From an uncultured bacterium (GTDB lineage Bacteria; Actinomycetota; Coriobacteriia; Coriobacteriales; Coriobacteriaceae), in NCBI GenBank assembly GCA_905214215.1, contig CAJMLP010000010.1, positions 10 through 64,009 of the forward strand: DNA of 64,000 nt. The letters are read 5' to 3'. The translations under genes were made by a program, and so were the position numbers. Position 1 is the first letter of the stretch, and each line of letters opens with the position of its first letter. Positions 27,055 through 36,332 of the stretch are shown here, piece by piece. A model generated the notes under the pieces. The model had not been told where the DNA came from and made no database searches. It saw nothing but the letters and a program-made list of their open reading frames with translations.

Positions 27055-28521
27055 TTAGAGAGTCTTGATACGGGTGCCAGCTGCAGTATCTTCGATCGTC
27101 AGACCCAGGTCCTTGAGCTGATCGCGGATGGCATCTGCCAGATCCCAGTTCTTGGCGGCGCGGGCCTCGGCGCGGGCCTCGAGAATCTTGGCAGCGGCCT
27201 CGTCCACATCGTCGCCCGTGTAGGCGACCAGGCCGGCGGCAACGCCTAGCAGACCCAGCGGCAGCTCGACCTTGGGCTCGGGGAGCTCAACGCCAAACGT
27301 ATCGAGCAGCTCGACCAGCGTATCGGCGGCGGCAAGCGCGGCGGCCTTGTCGGCAGCGTCGCCCGCCTGCTCCAGGTACTGGTTGCACTCGGTCACAAAG
27401 CCAAAGACGGCACCCATGGCACCAGCGGTGTTAAAGTCGTCGTCCATGCACTCCTTAAAGGTGGCACGGGTCTCAGCGGCCTTGGCGGCAAACGCCTCGG
27501 ATGCTGCCTCATCGGCATCGGCCGTCGCATGGTTCGCGGCCCAGCGCAGGTTCTCGACCGTACCGGCGATACGCATGAGCGAGTTCTCGGCACCCTCCAG
27601 GCGCTCCCAAGAAAAGTCAAGCGGCGAGCGATAGCTCGTCTGCAGCATCAGCAGGCGCAGGGCCGCGGCAGAGTGCTGTTCGAGCACCTCAGCCAGCGTA
27701 AAGAAGTTTCCGAGCGACTTGGACATCTTCTCGCCGTCGACCAGCAGCATGCCCGTGTGCATCCAGGTGTTGGAGAAACCCTGGTGCCAGGCGCAGGTGG
27801 CCTGGGCGCACTCGTTCTCGTGATGCGGGAAGGCAAGGTCGGAGCCGCCGCCGTGGATGTCGATCGGGGTGCCCAGGTAGCGATGCACCATGGCGGCGCA
27901 CTCGGTGTGCCAACCGGGACGGCCCTCGCCCCAGGGGCTCGGCCAGCTGGGCTCGCCGGGCTTGGCGGCCTTCCACAGGGCAAAGTCGAGCGGGTCGTTC
28001 TTGTCCTCGTTCTCCTCGATGCGCGCGCCAACCATAAGGTCGTCGATGTTGCGGCCCGAGACCTGACCATAGTTGGGATCGCTGCGCACGGCAAAGTACA
28101 CGTCGCCGTTATCGGCGGCGTAAGCGTGACCCTGCTCGATAAGCGTCTTGATCATAGCGATCATGGGGCCGATCTCCTTGGTGGCGCGGGGGCGCACATC
28201 GGGATCGAGCACGTTGGCGGCGCGCATGACGCCGATGAACTTGTCGGAGAACTCCGTCGCGACCTCGGCGGCCGTTCGGCCCTGCTCGTTGGCGCGCTTG
28301 ATGATCTTGTCATCGACATCGGTGAGGTTCTGGGCGAACGTGACCTCGTAGCCGCTCGCGATGAGCCAGCGGCGAATCACATCGAAGCTGATGAACGTGC
28401 GGGCGTTGCCGATGTGGATGTTGTCGTAGACCGTGGGGCCGCACACGTACATGCGGACCTTGCCGGACTCGATGGGCTGGAACTCTTCCTTTTTATGGGT
28501 AGCGCTGTTGTAGATACGCAT
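27055..28521 (-). CDS. cysS: Cysteine--tRNA ligase
   Basis: YVCGPTVY, HIGN, GRPGWHTEC, FPHHENE and KMSKS motifs. Confidence 0.98.
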   Translation of the reverse strand: MRIYNSATHKKEEFQPIESGKVRMYVCGPTVYDNIHIGNARTFISFDVIRRWLIASGYEVTFAQNLTDVDDKIIKRANEQGRTAAEVATEFSDKFIGVMRAANVLDPDVRPRATKEIGPMIAMIKTLIEQGHAYAADNGDVYFAVRSDPNYGQVSGRNIDDLMVGARIEENEDKNDPLDFALWKAAKPGEPSWPSPWGEGRPGWHTECAAMVHRYLGTPIDIHGGGSDLAFPHHENECAQATCAWHQGFSNTWMHTGMLLVDGEKMSKSLGNFFTLAEVLEQHSAAALRLLMLQTSYRSPLDFSWERLEGAENSLMRIAGTVENLRWAANHATADADEAASEAFAAKAAETRATFKECMDDDFNTAGAMGAVFGFVTECNQYLEQAGDAADKAAALAAADTLVELLDTFGVELPEPKVELPLGLLGVAAGLVAYTGDDVDEAAAKILEARAEARAAKNWDLADAIRDQLKDLGLTIEDTAAGTRIKTL

Positions 28522-28524
28522 TCG

Positions 28525-29019
28525 TTACTCCTTAACGGTTTTCTGTAGCAGGCAGACGGCCCAGGCGCCAATTCCCTCGCCTTGGCCTTCCCAGCCGAGC
28601 TTTTCGGTCGTAGTGGCGGCAACGCCCACGTTTTCGACGTCAACGCCCAGGGCATGGGCAAGGTTGGCGCGCATGGCATCGCGGTGCGGGGTGATCTTAG
28701 GCTGCTGGCAGGCAATGGTGCAGTCGGCATCGACAAACTCAAAGCCCAGCTCGCGCGCATAGTCCATCACGCGAGCGAGCAGCACCATCGAATCGGCACC
28801 CTCGTAGGCGGGATCGGTGTCGGGGAATAGCTTGCCGATGTCTCCCCCGCGGCAGGCTCCCAGAATGGCGTCTGCCAGCGCGTGTGCAAGCACATCGGCA
28901 TCCGAGTGGCCCAGCAGGCCGCGCTCGTAGGGGATGTCGACCCCGCCGATGATACATCGACGCCCCTCCACCAAACGGTGGACGTCGTAGCCGTGGCCAA
29001 TGCGCAGGTTACTGAACAT
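28525..29019 (-). CDS. ispF: 2-C-methyl-D-erythritol 2,4-cyclodiphosphate synthase
   Basis: RIGHGYDVH, GHSDADV, DIGKLFP and ATTTEKLG motifs. Confidence 0.96.
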   Translation of the reverse strand: MFSNLRIGHGYDVHRLVEGRRCIIGGVDIPYERGLLGHSDADVLAHALADAILGACRGGDIGKLFPDTDPAYEGADSMVLLARVMDYARELGFEFVDADCTIACQQPKITPHRDAMRANLAHALGVDVENVGVAATTTEKLGWEGQGEGIGAWAVCLLQKTVKE

Positions 29020-29737
29020 GGGGAAGGTCCTCTCCCTCGGCCATACGGCCAAGCAGAATCGCGGTTACGGGACGCAGGTCCTCGGGCACCGTAACCTTAA
29101 GGTTGTCGCGCGGACTCTGGACGCAGCGGACGCGTCCACCCATGCGCTCAACCAGCGATGAATCGTCGGTACCGATAAAGCCCTCGGCGATGGCTGCGGC
29201 GTGAGCGCGCTTCATGGCGTCGACGCTAAAGATCTGCGGCGTCTGCGCGGCCCAATAGAGCTCACGCGGCGGCGTCTCGACGATATTATCGCCGTCGACG
29301 ATCTTGAGCGTGTCGATCGCGGGCTGACCGCACACGACACCGTCGAGGGCGCGGTCGCCCACAAGCACGTCGATCGCATGATCGATGGCCTCGGTCGTGA
29401 TGAGCGGACGGGCGCCGTCGTGGATGGCGACGTACTCAAAGCCCGCCGGCACCGCGTGCACGCCGGCGCGGGTGGAATCCTGACGAGTATCGCCGGCATC
29501 GGCAAAACTGATGGGCGTGTCATAGTCAAACGGGTCGATGGCCAGGCGGCGCATCTCGGCACGGCGCTCGGCAGGGCACACCACCACGATGTGGCCGACC
29601 TTGTTGCTACGATCGAACGCGCGGATGGACCAGCTCATGAGCGGACGGCCCGCCACGTTAACGAGCTGCTTGCCGCCGGGATTTCCAAAGCGCTGGCCGC
29701 TGCCGCCGGCAACGACCACGGCGCATACGGGCGCCAT
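29009..29737 (-). CDS. ispD: 2-C-methyl-D-erythritol 4-phosphate cytidylyltransferase
   Basis: AGGSGQRF, IHDGARP, AQTPQ, TDDS and NLKVT motifs. Confidence 0.95.
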   Translation of the reverse strand: MAPVCAVVVAGGSGQRFGNPGGKQLVNVAGRPLMSWSIRAFDRSNKVGHIVVVCPAERRAEMRRLAIDPFDYDTPISFADAGDTRQDSTRAGVHAVPAGFEYVAIHDGARPLITTEAIDHAIDVLVGDRALDGVVCGQPAIDTLKIVDGDNIVETPPRELYWAAQTPQIFSVDAMKRAHAAAIAEGFIGTDDSSLVERMGGRVRCVQSPRDNLKVTVPEDLRPVTAILLGRMAEGEDLPHVQ

Positions 29738-30804
29738 TATGCGTTCCCCTGTTTGGTGCCCTTCATGCGGTACAGGGAGTCCGCAAGAATGGCAGGGTTG
29801 TTGACGCCAAAGTCGCCCAGGCGCTCCGGATCCTCGCTGATGTCATCCATGAGCTCCTGCAGCGAGCCGTACTCGTCGACGATCTTCTCGGCCACGCCGT
29901 CGCGCACAACAGACACGCGCGAAAGCGTGCGCAGGCCCAGCGGCGTCATGACGGAGTCCTCGTCCAGGTCGTCGTAACCCAGAACCGCCGCCACATGCTG
30001 TGGGTCGGACAGGTCCTTAGGCGTCATACGGCTCAGGTTGGCGCGGATCTTTTCGGCATTGGCCTCGGAGGAATCGCTCGCATAGTCGCGAATCATCAGG
30101 TCGTACTCGGTATCCATGCTGGAGCCGGCGAGCTGCTCGAGCTGCATCTGCACGAGCTTGCCCTGGTTGCCCAGCTTGACAATGCAATCCTTAAGTTCGG
30201 TCTTTGCCTGCTGCATGATCTCGAAGCTCGAGAAAATCCCGGTAATGTCGGCGAGCGTTACGTAGTCGTCGAGCTCGAGGGCCGTCAGGCGCAGCAGGGA
30301 GCGGTCGAGCGACTGACGGGTAGTCTGGAGCGTGGCGACGAGCTGGTTGACCGAGCTCATGATGGTGGTGACGGGCTGGATCTCGTAGCTCTTGCCGTGA
30401 ACGTACACGTTGACGACGGCACGACGGGCCGAGACCGAGATCACGATGGCATCCGTGAGCACCGACATGCGGGCGGCGGTGCGGTGACGCATGCCCGTCT
30501 CACTCGTGGCAAGCGAGGGATCGGGATTGAGGTGGAAGTTGGCGCGCAGGATCTGGGTGAGGTCGCCGTCGATGACGATGGCGCCGTCCATCTTGGAAAG
30601 CTCGAACAGGCGGTTCGAGGTAAACGAAATGTTGAGCGGGAAGCCGTCGTTACCAGCAGCGAGCACGTTTTCGGTGTCGCCGACGCAAATAAGAGCGCCC
30701 AGGTGACCAGCAATGATCATGTCGAGGGCGGTGCGGATCGGCTGGCCAGGTGCCGTCAGGCGGATGGCCTGTTCCATACGCTTTTGCAGCTCGTTCTTAT
30801 CCAA
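29737..30804 (-). CDS. disA: DNA integrity scanning diadenylate cyclase DisA
   Basis: APGQP, ELSKMDGA and ETGMRHRTA; catalytic DGA and RHR intact. Confidence 0.93.
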   Translation of the reverse strand: MDKNELQKRMEQAIRLTAPGQPIRTALDMIIAGHLGALICVGDTENVLAAGNDGFPLNISFTSNRLFELSKMDGAIVIDGDLTQILRANFHLNPDPSLATSETGMRHRTAARMSVLTDAIVISVSARRAVVNVYVHGKSYEIQPVTTIMSSVNQLVATLQTTRQSLDRSLLRLTALELDDYVTLADITGIFSSFEIMQQAKTELKDCIVKLGNQGKLVQMQLEQLAGSSMDTEYDLMIRDYASDSSEANAEKIRANLSRMTPKDLSDPQHVAAVLGYDDLDEDSVMTPLGLRTLSRVSVVRDGVAEKIVDEYGSLQELMDDISEDPERLGDFGVNNPAILADSLYRMKGTKQGNA

Positions 30805-30956
30805 GGCATCGCTCCCATCGCATACGCTCCATAAACGCTAAATAGTTTCTCACGGTTTGTCCCCGCGGCGCTCGCGAAATCCGATGCTTACAGAATGAGC
30901 GAACACCGCTGAGAGCCTCAACCCAAATGAGCTGTTCATGTGGTAGCATCGGGATT

Positions 30957-31098
30957 CACATGAATGAGGGAGTAGTCGCGTGACCGGGTTCGCCTCCGGT
31001 GGCGCGGCAAGTCAACATACTGGCCGACACGGTCTGGCTTGCCTTAATGAACGAGACTCGTGGTTGTACGCGCGGCGCGTACGCCACGGGTCTTTTTT
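30957..31098 (+). ncRNA. yybP-ykoY (Mn2+) riboswitch with terminator expression platform
   Basis: GGGAGTAG...GTCAACATAC...TGG...CGAGAC core, then AGACTCGTGG/CCACGGGTCT stem and T tract; upstream of mntP. Confidence 0.88.
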
Positions 31099-31153
31099 GT
31101 TGCTCCCCTGTCAGAAGTACACGCGGGTTCGCCCGCAAGGAGGGAGCCAAACC

Positions 31154-31732
31154 ATGGGACTCGTAGAGCTCGTGCTGCTCGCCATTGGCCTTTCGATGGA
31201 CGCCTTTGCCGTATCCATCTGCAAGGGCCTTGGCATGAAGAAGATCAACCTTAAGGTCGCCGTAGTGCTCGGCCTGTTCTTTGGCGGCTTCCAGGCCGGC
31301 ATGCCCGTGATCGGATGGGCGCTTGGCAGCCAGTTTATGGGCATCATCGGCCCCATCGACCATTGGATTGCCTTTATCCTTTTGGCCTTCATCGGCGGCA
31401 AAATGCTGTGGGAGGCTTTTACCGAGGACGAGGATGAAGGCGACGGCAAGAATGCCGAAAAGATTGAACTGAGCGAGTACCTGATCCTCGCCATCGCCAC
31501 TTCAATCGACGCCCTGGCCGTGGGCATCTCGTTCGCCGCGCTTTCGGTCGACATCGTTCCCGCTGTATCGCTTATCGGCGTCACAACGTTTATCTTCTCC
31601 GTCGCCGGCGTAGCGATCGGCCACACCTTTGGCGCGCGCTACGAAAAACCTGCCACCATCGTGGGCGGCATCGTGCTCATCCTCATCGGACTTAAGATCT
31701 TGCTTGAGCATCTGGGGATTTTGGCGCTGTAA
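31154..31732 (+). CDS. mntP: Manganese efflux pump MntP
   Basis: IGLSMDAFAVS, FQAGMP, DHWIAF and IATSIDALAVG motifs. Confidence 0.94.
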   Translation: MGLVELVLLAIGLSMDAFAVSICKGLGMKKINLKVAVVLGLFFGGFQAGMPVIGWALGSQFMGIIGPIDHWIAFILLAFIGGKMLWEAFTEDEDEGDGKNAEKIELSEYLILAIATSIDALAVGISFAALSVDIVPAVSLIGVTTFIFSVAGVAIGHTFGARYEKPATIVGGIVLILIGLKILLEHLGILAL

Positions 31733-31777
31733 CGCCAAACACAATCGCTCAAAACTCAACGCCAGTACAAGGCCTCA

Positions 31778-31845
31778 TGCAAAGTTTTGCATGAGGCCTT
31801 TTCGTGCAGACTTTTGCATGTCATACTGATATGCAAAAGTCTGCA
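31778..31845. promoter_or_regulatory. Three TGCA-N6-TGCA operator-like palindromes upstream of hipBA
   Basis: TGCAAAGTTTTGCA, TGCAGACTTTTGCA and TGCAAAAGTCTGCA at 31778, 31805 and 31832. Confidence 0.7.
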
Positions 31846-31860
31846 CGTTAGGAGATCGCC

Positions 31861-32292
31861 GTGAATACCCTTCCCATCACCACACCGCGCCAAGCTGGCA
31901 TCTACGTGCGCCAGGCACGCGAGGCTCAGGGTCTCACCCGTGCCGCCCTCGCCAAAACGGCCAGTGTTTCAGAGCGCCTGCTCGCATCGCTCGAGCTAGG
32001 AGACGCCACCGGCATTCGACTCGACAAGTTGCTGTCCGTCTTTAACGCACTCGGCATAGGTCTCTTTGCGCAAAGCGATAACGACTCCATCGCATCGCCC
32101 TCCGAACATCCGACGACGAAAGCGGACCTCCCTATCGCGAACTCGAATGCCCTGCCAAAGCCAAGCGTAGGCAGACGACCCGCTCGACAAGGAACGCCAT
32201 CTTCCTATGGTGCCTTGCTGGCCCAAATCGCAGCCGAGCAAGGCCTTTCCGACACTTCAGACCTCTCCTTTGACTGTAAGGTTGTGAAATAA
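31861..32292 (+). CDS. hipB: HipB-like XRE HTH antitoxin
   Basis: VRQAREAQGLTRAALA...LASLELG...LDKLLSV HTH; abuts hipA. Confidence 0.8.
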   Translation: MNTLPITTPRQAGIYVRQAREAQGLTRAALAKTASVSERLLASLELGDATGIRLDKLLSVFNALGIGLFAQSDNDSIASPSEHPTTKADLPIANSNALPKPSVGRRPARQGTPSSYGALLAQIAAEQGLSDTSDLSFDCKVVK

Positions 32293-33597
32293 ATGGCAGA
32301 GATGGAGCTTGCGACCCTCATTTGTGGCGAAATCGCAGGCACTCTCCGGCAAGACGAGCATGGACTCTGCAGCTTTGTATACGCCCCAACCTATCGCGGA
32401 GCACCACTATCGCTTACAATGCCGCTTTCCAATCGCACGTATGGCCATAACATCGTCCGCCCGTTCCTATTTGGCCTTTTGCCCGACAGCCAAGAGCAGC
32501 GTCGCGCTATTGCCGCCGAGCATGACGTTGCATCCAACAACCCCGTCGCCCTCTTGTGCCATATCGGTCTTGACTGCGCAGGGGCCGTTCAGTTTTGTCG
32601 AACCGATCAATTAGGCGCCGCCCGCGGCAGGGTCTCGGCATACCGCCCGCTTACCAATTCTCAAATCGCTCACAAGCTCAAAGCAATTCGCGATGACGAA
32701 AGAGAGACATGGATGGGCTCCAACGAAAGCTGGTCCCTGGGCGGCAACCAAGGCAAATTTGCACTAGCTTGGCATGATGGCCAATGGTGCGAATGTCTAG
32801 GGTCATCCCCCACTACCCATATCTTCAAAAATGGTGTCGTTGGGTTCAAACATCAGGCCTTAAACGAATTCGTCTGCATGAAAACGGCTCGGCGTGTTGG
32901 CATTCCAACTGCCAACGTCTCCTATTGCACATTTGAAGACGAAGCCGCGCTCGTCGTTGAACGGTACGACAGAATTGTCAATAGCAGCGGAAATATCGAA
33001 AGGCTGCATCAGGAGGACTTTTGCCAGGCGCTCGGTGTATTGCCAAGCCAGAAATACACCGCCGACGGAGGACCAACCACACGAGACATCCAAGAACGAC
33101 TGATTAACACAGTCCCCCACCACATGAATCTTGTGCTTTTTACCTATATGTTGTTCTATAACGCCATTATCGGAGCGCCTGACGCACACGCTAAAAACTA
33201 CTCGCTCATCCTAGGTAAAGGCACAAACGCAGCGCTCGCACCCATGTACGATGTCGCATCGGGCTTGGCGTACGAGCGTATGCGCCGCCGGGCGCGCCTT
33301 GCCATGAGCGTTGGCGGCGAAAATCGAGTGGGGCGCATCGGTCCAGGCGCTATCCGCCGATACCACGGTATGGGCGACCCCGCGCTGGAGGCGGCGCTCA
33401 CCGATGCCGGGCTATCCGAGAAGTTTTGCTTTGCGACCATGATGGACCTCGCCTACGAGGTGCCCATTTGCATGGAAGAGATCATGGACGAATACGCCGA
33501 CCTGCCCGGCATGGCGGACCTGCGCGAGCACATGCTCGGCCCCGTCCGCGAAAACTGCCAGCGAACCCTCGACCTCATCAGGGCGGATATGGGCTAG
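32293..33597 (+). CDS. hipA: HipA-family serine/threonine kinase toxin
   Basis: GLLPD, SLGGNQGK, THIFK, VERYDR, HQEDFCQALG, DAHAKNYS and LAPMYD motifs. Confidence 0.93.
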   Translation: MAEMELATLICGEIAGTLRQDEHGLCSFVYAPTYRGAPLSLTMPLSNRTYGHNIVRPFLFGLLPDSQEQRRAIAAEHDVASNNPVALLCHIGLDCAGAVQFCRTDQLGAARGRVSAYRPLTNSQIAHKLKAIRDDERETWMGSNESWSLGGNQGKFALAWHDGQWCECLGSSPTTHIFKNGVVGFKHQALNEFVCMKTARRVGIPTANVSYCTFEDEAALVVERYDRIVNSSGNIERLHQEDFCQALGVLPSQKYTADGGPTTRDIQERLINTVPHHMNLVLFTYMLFYNAIIGAPDAHAKNYSLILGKGTNAALAPMYDVASGLAYERMRRRARLAMSVGGENRVGRIGPGAIRRYHGMGDPALEAALTDAGLSEKFCFATMMDLAYEVPICMEEIMDEYADLPGMADLREHMLGPVRENCQRTLDLIRADMG

Positions 33598-33724
33598 ACG
33601 CCAATCAATTTCCCATTTCTTAAAAGAAGAGAGGGGACACCTGTCGCAAAAGACCGGGTACCCCCTCTCGTAATGTCATTTGCAATCCGCTAGCACGTGG
33701 CTCGGACTGCTGCTAGCGCAACCT

Positions 33725-35182
33725 TTACGCGGCGAGGCGCTTGAGCACGTCGATGAGCAGCTCGTAGAAGCGCTCGGCAGAAGCGAGCTCCATGCTCTCG
33801 TCCGGGGTGTGGACATCGGAGAGCGTCGGGCCCACGGCGATGGCATCCAGGCCGTGCAGGGCCTCGGCAAACAGGCCGCACTCAAGGCCGGCGTGAATGG
33901 ACTCGATGCGCAGCTCGGAGCCAAAGAGCTCGCGATAGCTCTCGACAAAGACGTCGCGGACCGGCGAATGCTCGGCATAGCTCCAGCCGGGATACTCGAA
34001 CTCAAACTTGGCGTCGAAGCCCAGGACATCGGCAAGCGTCTGCAAACGATCCTTGAACTCGTTCTGCAGCGAGGTGATCGAGGAGCGCGGGGAAAGCATG
34101 ATCTTAACCTCGTCGTCAGAGGTGGCAACCACGCCGATGTTGGAGGAAACCTCGACTGAGCCGTCGGTGGCGACGTTGCGGCGAATCACACCATTGGGGG
34201 CAAGACGCAGAGCGCGGATGAGGGCAAGCGCGGACTTCTGGTCCATGGCCTCGACCTCGGCGTCGTCGGCAATCTCGACGGTGCAGGTAAAGCCGGGGTC
34301 GAAGACCTCGAGCTCGGCAGTGACGTCGGCGATGATGTCCTTTGCGATCTGGGCCGCGGCCTCGGCGGCAGCGTGGTCGGCATAGACCAGAACAGCCTTG
34401 CACTCACGGTTGATGGCGTTGTCCTTGGTGCCGCCGTTAAAGCTCACGATGGCGGGCTCGCCGGCAACCATCAGGCGGTCGATGATGCGGGCCATGATGA
34501 GGTTGCCGTTGCCGCGCTCCAGGTGGATATCGCTGCCGGAGTGGCCGCCCAGCAGGCCGGAGATGTCGAGCGTGAGGGTGCTACCGGTCTTGTGCTCGCG
34601 CGCGATGGGGCAGGTGTAGGTAACGACGACGCCGCCGGCGCAGCTGACGGTGGCAACGCCCTCTTCCTCGGAGTCAAGGTTAATCATGGTGCGGGCGCTA
34701 ATCTGGGACTTGTCGAGCGTCTCGGCGCCGACCAGGCCAGTCTCCTCGTCGGTGGTGAATACGCACTCGAGGGCGGGGTGAACGATCGAATCGTCATCGA
34801 GAACAGTGAGCATAAGCGCGACGGCGATACCGTTGTCGGCGCCCAGAGTGGTGCCGTTAGCGGTGAGGACGCCGTCCTTGACGACCAGGTCAATACCGTC
34901 GGTCGTAAAGTCGTGCTCAACAGAGCCCAACTTGTCGCACACCATATCGATGTGGCCCTGCAGCATCACGGTCGGAGCATTCTCGGCGCCGGCAGAAGCG
35001 GGCTTGCGAATGATGACGTTGTAGACCTCGTCCTGGTACACATCGAGGCCGCGCTCCTTAGCAAACGCAACCAGGAAATCGCTGATGCCCTTCTCGTTGC
35101 CAGACCCACGGGGGATCGCGCTGACCTCCTCAAAGAAATGGAACAGTTGGGCGGGCTCGTAGCCGGTGATCTTGTAATCCAT
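33725..35182 (-). CDS. pepD: Aminoacyl-histidine dipeptidase (M20C)
   Basis: LQGHIDMV, TTLGADNG, DEETG, NLDSEE, GGHSG and IHAGLECG motifs. Confidence 0.93.
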   Translation of the reverse strand: MDYKITGYEPAQLFHFFEEVSAIPRGSGNEKGISDFLVAFAKERGLDVYQDEVYNVIIRKPASAGAENAPTVMLQGHIDMVCDKLGSVEHDFTTDGIDLVVKDGVLTANGTTLGADNGIAVALMLTVLDDDSIVHPALECVFTTDEETGLVGAETLDKSQISARTMINLDSEEEGVATVSCAGGVVVTYTCPIAREHKTGSTLTLDISGLLGGHSGSDIHLERGNGNLIMARIIDRLMVAGEPAIVSFNGGTKDNAINRECKAVLVYADHAAAEAAAQIAKDIIADVTAELEVFDPGFTCTVEIADDAEVEAMDQKSALALIRALRLAPNGVIRRNVATDGSVEVSSNIGVVATSDDEVKIMLSPRSSITSLQNEFKDRLQTLADVLGFDAKFEFEYPGWSYAEHSPVRDVFVESYRELFGSELRIESIHAGLECGLFAEALHGLDAIAVGPTLSDVHTPDESMELASAERFYELLIDVLKRLAA

Positions 35183-35330
35183 GGTGCCTCCTTGGCGCAA
35201 CTGGTTAGACAGTAAGACATGCGACTTGTATATTCCCAGACTTTGCGTGCATAAACCAGTCGAAAACGCCGAGCGCCCTTGCATCATCGGCTAACGGCGG
35301 GGAAACGCCACTTTATCAAGGTAAAGCAAG

Positions 35331-35852
35331 CTAGACGGGCCGTGCAGAGGGAACGTTGGACCCCCCAACCAACCTCAACGCCTGTTGAACATTAATGCAT
35401 ACACCATTGGTGTGTTTAATAAGATTCTTGTCCTCCGTCACGACGTAATCGGCATCAATGCGATTGGCGACGCCCAGCATCAGGTCGTCCTCAAAGTCAT
35501 TGTGGTGGTACTTGAACACAAAGGAGTCGAAGACCTCGTCTGCACCGACCGGGGCGATGAGGGCTAGCTCGCGCATCTGTCGAACGCATGCCCAGGCCGT
35601 TTCGTCTGCCGCCGCAATGGCGTTATCGCTCAGTGAGCCAGTCTTTCTTCGGCACTCCTGCTTGATTGCCGCCGAGACAAGATATGAAACGTCTTTGACC
35701 GAAAGCGACGAGGCAAACAGGGCAATCCGCTCCGAGGCGTCGGCAATCTCGATCAGATGGACGACATTTGCCGTACGGTCGGACCTGCCAGAAAAATAAT
35801 CCATCCATACGTTGGTATCGATTAACAGCTTGAGGACGCCTTCTGTGCTCAT
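35331..35852 (-). CDS. PIN-domain toxin-like protein
   Basis: LLIDTNV, DFEDD and VVTED acidic PIN motifs; ATGA overlap with the upstream gene. Confidence 0.82.
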   Translation of the reverse strand: MSTEGVLKLLIDTNVWMDYFSGRSDRTANVVHLIEIADASERIALFASSLSVKDVSYLVSAAIKQECRRKTGSLSDNAIAAADETAWACVRQMRELALIAPVGADEVFDSFVFKYHHNDFEDDLMLGVANRIDADYVVTEDKNLIKHTNGVCINVQQALRLVGGSNVPSARPV

Positions 35853-36208
35853 AGTTCCACCCACTCGGGATAGCGCTCCGCCATGGCCTCCTCATAGAGG
35901 TCGTCATAGTCTCCCGAGAACTCAGGGATGGGGATGCCGTATTTGAGGCACGAATCGCGAACGATATGGCTGCCTTGCGCGGCCCTTGACTCCATGCGCC
36001 GGGGCTCCACTCCGTCAGAAACCGGAGCCGCCGCGTCTCCCTTCGAGGGCATGCGTCCGTTAACGACCAGATACTCCCAAAGTGTCCGAACGGCTTGTGA
36101 CGGCGTCATGCCAATATGAGTCAGGACGGCGTCTCCCGCCTCTTTGAGCTGGCGATCTATACGCACGTTCATCTGAACTGGCCGCGTGTCGAGTATTGAC
36201 GTAGGCAT
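35849..36208 (-). CDS. RelB/DinJ-like ribbon-helix-helix antitoxin
   Basis: QMNVRIDRQLKEAGDAVL..IGMTPSQAVR; palindrome GCTATACTA...TAGTATAGC upstream (36221-36249). Confidence 0.75.
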   Translation of the reverse strand: MPTSILDTRPVQMNVRIDRQLKEAGDAVLTHIGMTPSQAVRTLWEYLVVNGRMPSKGDAAAPVSDGVEPRRMESRAAQGSHIVRDSCLKYGIPIPEFSGDYDDLYEEAMAERYPEWVEL

Positions 36209-36332
36209 ATCAGCTCCTTTGCTATACTATATCTCGATTTTAGTATAGCACGGCAGATTGAAGCGCATTTCAATAGAAATGAGGGCGCTTCCTTATCGGA
36301 AACGCCCCCGTTATACAAGGTATGTTCAATCC

